DNA of 64,000 bases from an uncultured Poribacteria bacterium (GTDB taxonomy: Bacteria; Poribacteria; WGA-4E; WGA-3G), in contig OY282383.1 of NCBI GenBank assembly GCA_958295855.1, positions 252,481 to 316,480 of the forward strand, in the 5' to 3' direction. Shown piece after piece: positions 58,902 through 64,000 of this stretch. The notes beneath the pieces are model-generated. The model was not told the DNA's origin, made no database searches, and was given only the letters and a program-made list of their open reading frames with translations. Position 1 is the stretch's first letter; every line of letters begins with the position of its first letter. The translations under genes and the position numbers were made by a program.

Positions 58902-60419
58902 TTACGACTCCAGCGCATTCACGGCCTCCTTAAATGCTGCCCCACGTGCCTTATAGTTGGGGTACATATCAAAACTCGCATTTGCAGGTGACAATAGGAC
59001 GATATCGCCCGGTGTCGCGTGTGTGTAAGCAACCTGCACTGCCTCCGCCATGGTTCTAGTGTTCATTATGTTTGTTAACTTTGCAAGTGTCTTCTGAATT
59101 TGCTGTGTGTGCGCCCCGAGCAGAACTGCCCCTTTGACATGCGCCTGAACCATCTGACTGAGTGGGGTATAGTCGTTTCCTTTATCGTAGCCGCCCATTA
59201 TGAGCAAAATTCGTCTTTGAAAAGTAGCAGGCACACCCCGTGGGTTTCCGTCGCCAACCAAGGATTCAAGCGCCGCCTTCACAGCTGCCACATTTGTCGC
59301 TTTTGAGTCATTGATAAATTCAACACCGTTCAGCATTCTAACCGGTTCAAAGGCGTGGGCTAAAGCAGGATGCGACCTGTCGAATCCTTGGAGTGCTGCT
59401 CGTATTTGCGCCGGTGCCACCTCAAAAATCTGGCCTACAGCAATTGCGGCGAGTACGTTCCGGACGTTGTGCGCTCCCCGAAGGGGAATGTCATCAACAT
59501 CACAAATCCACTGCGAAGTAGCAGGCACACTCCGTGTGCCGTCGCCCAAGTTAGCGAAGAGCCCCATGCCCCCTTCATAAGTTTGAAGATATGTTTGAGG
59601 GTACCACCCTTCTTTAAAAGTAGCAGGCACACTCCGTGTGCCGTCGCCATCAAAGTAGACTGCTTTTGCCGAGGTGAACTCAGCAAAACGGGCAACGCGC
59701 GCATCGGCACAGTTTAGTACTATCCAGTCTGCCGCAGTTTGATTTTGATATATCTTCTGTTTTGCTTTGCAATACGCTGACATTGTTCGATGCCTGTCTA
59801 AGTGGTCGCGCGATAGATTCAGCACAACACTCACCGCCGGCTGAAAGGTGACAGTGCTCTCCAATTGAAAACTGCTCGCTTCAACAACAACGATGTCCCG
59901 GGACGTAAGGTGCTGGACTTCTGCGGCTAACGGAACACCGATATTGCCAGCTACACAAACCCGGGAACCGGGCGGGCGGGAAGCTTTCAGGATAGCGGCA
60001 GTCAGAAGTGTTGTTGTTGATTTCCCTTTTGTTCCAGTAATCGCTACAATAGGCGCAGAACATACCCTCGCTGCCACCTCCAATTCTGCAAGAATCGGGA
60101 TGTTTCGCGCTTGAGCCTCGCACAAGATCGGAATATCCAGCGGAACGCCAGGGGACACAACAATGTAGTCAGCATGCGCAATACACTCCTCTCCATGCCC
60201 ACCTAGATGAAATTCGTAGGGGCAGTGCCTTGTGCCTGCCCTGCCGTACCCCGCCACACCTTTCAGTGCCGCGATTTCTGATGATAAAGCATCAGAGCCG
60301 CGCGAGTCTGTAACAGCCACAACTGCCCCGAGCGCATCTAACAATTTTGCAACAGCGAGTCCGCTTCGGTTTAACCCAAATACAGTGACCCGTTTCCCTG
60401 AAAATTCGTTTTTTAACAT
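58902..60419 (-). CDS. murD: UDP-N-acetylmuramoylalanine--D-glutamate ligase with multiple in-frame repeat insertions
   Basis: MLKNEFSGKRVTVFGLNRSGLAVAKLL, ITGTKGKSTTT and HNVRNVLAAIAV. GDGTRSVPAT appears twice and GDGNPRGVPAT once (family C repeats at 59620-59650, 59515-59545, 59215-59250). GTRHCPY comes from family D (60218-60245). Confidence 0.85.
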   Translation of the reverse strand: MLKNEFSGKRVTVFGLNRSGLAVAKLLDALGAVVAVTDSRGSDALSSEIAALKGVAGYGRAGTRHCPYEFHLGGHGEECIAHADYIVVSPGVPLDIPILCEAQARNIPILAELEVAARVCSAPIVAITGTKGKSTTTLLTAAILKASRPPGSRVCVAGNIGVPLAAEVQHLTSRDIVVVEASSFQLESTVTFQPAVSVVLNLSRDHLDRHRTMSAYCKAKQKIYQNQTAADWIVLNCADARVARFAEFTSAKAVYFDGDGTRSVPATFKEGWYPQTYLQTYEGGMGLFANLGDGTRSVPATSQWICDVDDIPLRGAHNVRNVLAAIAVGQIFEVAPAQIRAALQGFDRSHPALAHAFEPVRMLNGVEFINDSKATNVAAVKAALESLVGDGNPRGVPATFQRRILLIMGGYDKGNDYTPLSQMVQAHVKGAVLLGAHTQQIQKTLAKLTNIMNTRTMAEAVQVAYTHATPGDIVLLSPANASFDMYPNYKARGAAFKEAVNALES

Positions 60420-60639
60420 TCCTTGCGGAGTACTATGCTCCCTCCTGTAGTTTCAAAGCACTTACAAATCTCGTCGGAGGACTCTTAGGTAAAGCTTTTT
60501 ATCTGTTAGTTTCAAAGTGCTTACAAATCTCGTCAGAGGACTCTTAGGTAAACCTTGCATAAAAAACCTCCGACGAGAGCTATAGTGCATTGTTAGAGTT
60601 ATGAAGCAATCTGATTTCTCCGCAAGGGATGCTGGAAGA
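60420..60639. repeat. MITE with inverted termini cattccttgcggag ... ctccgcaagggatg and internal duplicated 60-bp unit
   Basis: Seen in sequence. Confidence 0.85.
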
Positions 60640-61758
60640 TCACCTTAATTTAAGGGTACTTAGGGCTATGAGCACTAAAATCAGTCCCACAATCCAAAAC
60701 CGGATAACTACCTTAGATTCTTTCCAACCTGACAGTAGGAAGTGGTAATGGATAGGTGACATCTTGAAGACCCTTTTGCCAAACGTCCGAAACCACCAGA
60801 CCTGGATGATAACGGACAGAGCTTCCACAACGAAAATAGCACCCACAATGACAAGGAGAAACTCCTGTTTTATTAGCACAGCCACTGTCCCAAGCGTCGC
60901 ACCCAGTGACAGAGACCCGGTATCCCCCATAAACACTTGGGCCGGATGCCCATTATACCATAAAAATCCTAACCCCGCCCCCACTAACGCAGCACAAAAA
61001 ATCGCGGTAACTTCCCCACCGTCCGGAAAATGAAAAATGTTGAGGTACTCGGCAATCTGGTTGTGGCTCGTCATATACCCCAACACGCCTAAGGTGCCTG
61101 CCACAAATAGGGTGCATCCAATGGCTAACCCATCCATACCATCTGTTAGATTGACTGCATTAGAAGTGCCAACAATCACCAAGGTAACAAAAGGAATAAA
61201 CAGAATTCCCAAATTCGGTTGCACCGTTTTGAAGAACGGGAGGCTTAGCGAAGTACGGGTTGCAACATCGCCCGCTTGCACGGGACCCCATTGGTAAAGA
61301 TAACCAGCAATCGCCAAAGCCCCCACAGTTTGGAGCGCAATCTTATGCCAACCACGAAGCCCTAAGGATTGTTGTTTAACCAGTTTGCTATAATCATCTA
61401 GAAAGCCGAGCCCGCCGAACCAGAGCATTGTCAGAACCATCAGGTAGATATAGGGCTGATCGAGGCGAGCCCAGAACACTACTGATATTAACACAGAAAC
61501 AATGATGAGAACGCCCCCCATTGTTGGCGTGCCAGCTTTGCTCTGCTTTTCGCTATGCTGTTGGGCTTCAGCCACCTCCTCCTGAATATGCTCCCCGATG
61601 CGCAACTGTTTTAACTTCTCTATCATAAAAGGGCCCAATACGAGCGAAATGAGAAGGGCAGTAGCTGTTGCATAAATCGCGCGAAAGCTAATATAGCGAA
61701 AGACGTTGAATGGCGAAAAGACTTCAATCAGATTCTCAAAAAAGAGATGATAAAACAT
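60640..61758 (-). CDS. mraY: phospho-N-acetylmuramoyl-pentapeptide transferase
   Basis: Start MFYHLFFENL. Conserved MraY polytopic pattern. The upstream 12 codons of the ORF are MITE-derived. Confidence 0.9.
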   Translation of the reverse strand: MFYHLFFENLIEVFSPFNVFRYISFRAIYATATALLISLVLGPFMIEKLKQLRIGEHIQEEVAEAQQHSEKQSKAGTPTMGGVLIIVSVLISVVFWARLDQPYIYLMVLTMLWFGGLGFLDDYSKLVKQQSLGLRGWHKIALQTVGALAIAGYLYQWGPVQAGDVATRTSLSLPFFKTVQPNLGILFIPFVTLVIVGTSNAVNLTDGMDGLAIGCTLFVAGTLGVLGYMTSHNQIAEYLNIFHFPDGGEVTAIFCAALVGAGLGFLWYNGHPAQVFMGDTGSLSLGATLGTVAVLIKQEFLLVIVGAIFVVEALSVIIQVWWFRTFGKRVFKMSPIHYHFLLSGWKESKVVIRFWIVGLILVLIALSTLKLR

Positions 61759-61922
61759 TTTTTCGTTTTTCCTTGCGGAGAATTGAAAATGCAAGATACA
61801 TCTAACAATGCACTATAGCTCTCGTCGGAGGTTTTTTATGCAAGGTTTACCTAAGAGTCCTCTGACGAGATTTGTAAGGGCTTTGAAACTACAGGAGCGA
61901 GTGTGGTACTCCGCAAGGCATG
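61759..61922. repeat. MITE copy (ttttcgtttttccttgcggag ... gtactccgcaaggcatgttaaaaag)
   Basis: Same architecture as 33876-34035. Confidence 0.85.
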
Positions 61923-63167
61923 TTAAAAAGCTGTGTTCTGGAGCTTTCCATCCTGCTTCAATTTGGCAAAACTTGCCCCCGCTTGGCTGAGCAGATTCGT
62001 TGCATAAGAATAGGTTAATCCTTTTTTCTCCTGATGCACTGAAAATGCTAAATCGATCAGTCGCGAAACTAACTGTGGAAATTCAATTCCTTCCTGCTCC
62101 CATAGGTAAAAACTGAATGAGCCAGGTATCGTATTGATTTCGTTCACATAGACATGTTCCGATGCATCCACAAGGAAATCAATACGAGCGACACCCGCGC
62201 AGTCTAAAACCTGAAAACTTCGTGTCGCAAGCTCCTGAATATGTAACGTCAATTTTTCGGAAATGGGTGCAGGAATTTTGCGCTCTGCCCCTGCCATCCC
62301 GGAAGATTCCGCCTCTTGATGGATATATTTATCCTCAAAACTCAGAAAATTGGACTGAGCCACGGGTTGCTCGCAAACAGAAGGTGTTAACTCATGGCTA
62401 CCCATCACTGAACAGTTGATTTCACGTGCCTCTTCCACACCTTGTTCGATAAGAATCCTGCGGCAGTACTGCCCGGCGAGCTCAACAGCAGGGAGGAGTT
62501 CCACACGACTTTTCACAGAACTGACACCGATGCTTGAACCGCTCATTGCGGGTTTCACGAAGAGCGGGTAGGATAGCATGGCTTCTACCTTTTTGATGAT
62601 GTCGGGGCCAAGCGTTTCCCACTGGTACTGCGTCCACCACAAATAGGGGAGAATTGGCAACTTATTCTCATTGAGAATCGCCTTCATCATGATTTTATCC
62701 ATACCCACAGCGGAACCCCCTACACCTGCTCCAACGTACGGGAGATGCATCAACTCAAGCAGCCCTTGGAGCGTTCCATCTTCGCCGTGCGCACCGTGTA
62801 TCGATGGAAACACGACATCAACAGGGAGCTCCATTTTCTTCCGAAACCACTGTTTGGTGTAAACAACGAACTTGGGAACGGCATCAAATTCAACAGTCAC
62901 CTTGTCAAAATCGGACGAACGCGGCAGGCTCCCGTCGGTGAATACGCTCAAATCACGAAGACCTTCGCCGGTTAACCACTCGCCCTCCTTGGTTACATAA
63001 ATGGGGATGACGTGATAGTTTTCTTCCAGAGCCGCACAGACCTGATGTGCGGTGACGATAGAGACTTCGTGCTCCGGGGAGCGGCCTCCAAAAATGAGGG
63101 CTACATTATGTTTAGACATTTTTTTTAACATTCCGTTAATTGGGTTTCTGCTCCGATTTTTCCGCAT
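61923..63167 (-). CDS. ddl: D-alanine--D-alanine ligase
   Basis: ...KHNVALIFGGRSPEHEVS... and an ATP-grasp fold. The true start is probably the internal Met near 63119 (MSKHN), because the first 16 codons run into a family E repeat. Confidence 0.8.
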   Translation of the reverse strand: MRKNRSRNPINGMLKKMSKHNVALIFGGRSPEHEVSIVTAHQVCAALEENYHVIPIYVTKEGEWLTGEGLRDLSVFTDGSLPRSSDFDKVTVEFDAVPKFVVYTKQWFRKKMELPVDVVFPSIHGAHGEDGTLQGLLELMHLPYVGAGVGGSAVGMDKIMMKAILNENKLPILPYLWWTQYQWETLGPDIIKKVEAMLSYPLFVKPAMSGSSIGVSSVKSRVELLPAVELAGQYCRRILIEQGVEEAREINCSVMGSHELTPSVCEQPVAQSNFLSFEDKYIHQEAESSGMAGAERKIPAPISEKLTLHIQELATRSFQVLDCAGVARIDFLVDASEHVYVNEINTIPGSFSFYLWEQEGIEFPQLVSRLIDLAFSVHQEKKGLTYSYATNLLSQAGASFAKLKQDGKLQNTAF

Positions 63168-63464
63168 GAGGTATTTACCCCTGCAAAGCAGGGGCGGATA
63201 CCCGGTTCAAAATCGGGTTTCTTATCAGTTGTAGGCTCTCTGATGCTAATTAAGGTTGCGTAAAAAACCTCCAACGAGATCTTTCGCCAATTCAGTTTCT
63301 GCTCCGATTTTTCCGCATGAGGTATTTACCCCCGCAAGCGGGGAATGCACCCTCTGCAAAATCGGGTTTCTTATGAATTGGAGCCTGTTTCATGCTAACT
63401 AAACTTGCGTAAAAAACCTCCAACGAGAGCTATAGTGCAATGTTAGAGGCACCCGCAGGCATTT
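63120..63464. repeat. two family E repeats plus family A fragments and MITE TIR
   Basis: 63140-63230 and 63290-63370 are near-identical to 296-378. Confidence 0.85.
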
Positions 63465-64000
63465 TCAATTCTCCGCAAGGGATGCCGAAGAGTCCTCGTT
63501 GTAGTTGTCGGGCAAATCGTTCTCAAAAAGGACAACATCCCCGGGTTTTAAGAGCTTCGCCAAATATTGTCGTACCTCTACAAGGTTCATGGCGATAATA
63601 ACTTGTTGGCTTGGGTAATTGGCTGCTTTCAAGCCGCTTAATATCGGGGTAGTTCTTGAAGGGCCCACTAAGATAACAAGGTCACATACCTCGGCAGCTT
63701 GCAAACCAAAGCGTTTATTATCTTCGTATTCCCTTTCACCGAGTTCCACCATGCCGGGTGTCACCAGCACCTTTTTTCCATGCCCAATCTCGGCGAGTAC
63801 TTCAAGTGCCGCTTTCGCACCAACAGGATTCGCGTTGAAACTATCGTCGATGATAGTTACATTTCCTGCCCCGGCTGTCAACTGCAAGCGATGCGCGACA
63901 GGTTCTACGTTCGCAATCGCTTCACGAATCTCTTCTAGCGTCATCCCGCATGCTAAGGCGACACCCATCGCGGCAAGGATGTTAGAGACGTTATGTTTAC
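63465..64000 (-). CDS. murF: UDP-N-acetylmuramoyl-tripeptide--D-alanyl-D-alanine ligase, C-terminal part (5' end outside window)
   Basis: ...IDDSFNANP, LVTPGMVELG and LVILVG form the Mur ligase C-terminal domain. The tail SASLAEN is MITE-derived. Confidence 0.8.
   Translation of the reverse strand, partial: KHNVSNILAAMGVALACGMTLEEIREAIANVEPVAHRLQLTAGAGNVTIIDDSFNANPVGAKAALEVLAEIGHGKKVLVTPGMVELGEREYEDNKRFGLQAAEVCDLVILVGPSRTTPILSGLKAANYPSQQVIIAMNLVEVRQYLAKLLKPGDVVLFENDLPDNYNEDSSASLAEN

Noticed and set aside
1-64000. tRNA, rRNA, integrase or transposase genes
   Set aside because: No ORF with recombinase or transposase motifs and no tRNA-like conserved T-loop segments were recognised by eye. A covariance-model scan (tRNAscan/Infernal) would be needed to exclude small RNAs.

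Overview
This 64 kb window is bacterial chromosome, about 50% GC, and it is unusually dense in small palindromic repeats and MITE-like elements. I distinguish at least seven repeat families. Copies sit in essentially every intergenic gap and also inside protein-coding genes, apparently in frame. Examples are trpE, glpD, murD, murG, ftsW, ftsQ, a radical SAM gene, the SNF2 helicase gene and a cobalamin riboswitch.

Left part (1-11.8 kb): housekeeping genes (sucD 3' end, panB, trpG, trpE, hisI). These are followed by a cobalamin riboswitch upstream of a plus-strand cluster of two secreted beta-propeller proteins and a lipoprotein/polytopic membrane protein.

Middle part (12-28 kb): a defence-island-like accessory segment, mostly on the minus strand. 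It starts with an AlbA_2/Schlafen-like ATPase, a ParA-like ATPase and a small XhlA-like membrane protein. Then comes a co-directional six-gene array:
- a PLD-nuclease/SNF2-helicase fusion (1100 aa)
- an HD-domain dNTP-triphosphohydrolase-like protein
- a Panacea-domain protein
- a 1203-aa PglX/type IIG-like N6-adenine methyltransferase (NPPY motif)
- an OLD-family ATPase
- a second Panacea paralog, preceded by a remnant of an HD-protein C-terminus
The island shows signs of mosaic assembly: 115-bp and 31-bp direct repeats, duplicated Panacea modules, and an iteron-rich palindrome.

Right part (28-64 kb):
- a TetR pseudogene, a higher-GC FG-GAP protein, a DegT-type aminotransferase, glpD, a MITE-bracketed PD-(D/E)xK protein and a vWA protein
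- livKHM (no ATPase genes at this locus), a lipoprotein, a transporter, a PhyH oxygenase, an FG-GAP/ASPIC protein, a TPR protein, a LamG protein and a radical SAM enzyme
- the dcw cell-division cluster on the minus strand: murF (partial), ddl, mraY, murD, ftsW, murG, murC, ftsQ, ftsA, ftsZ

No rRNA, tRNA, CRISPR array, integrase or transposase was recognised.
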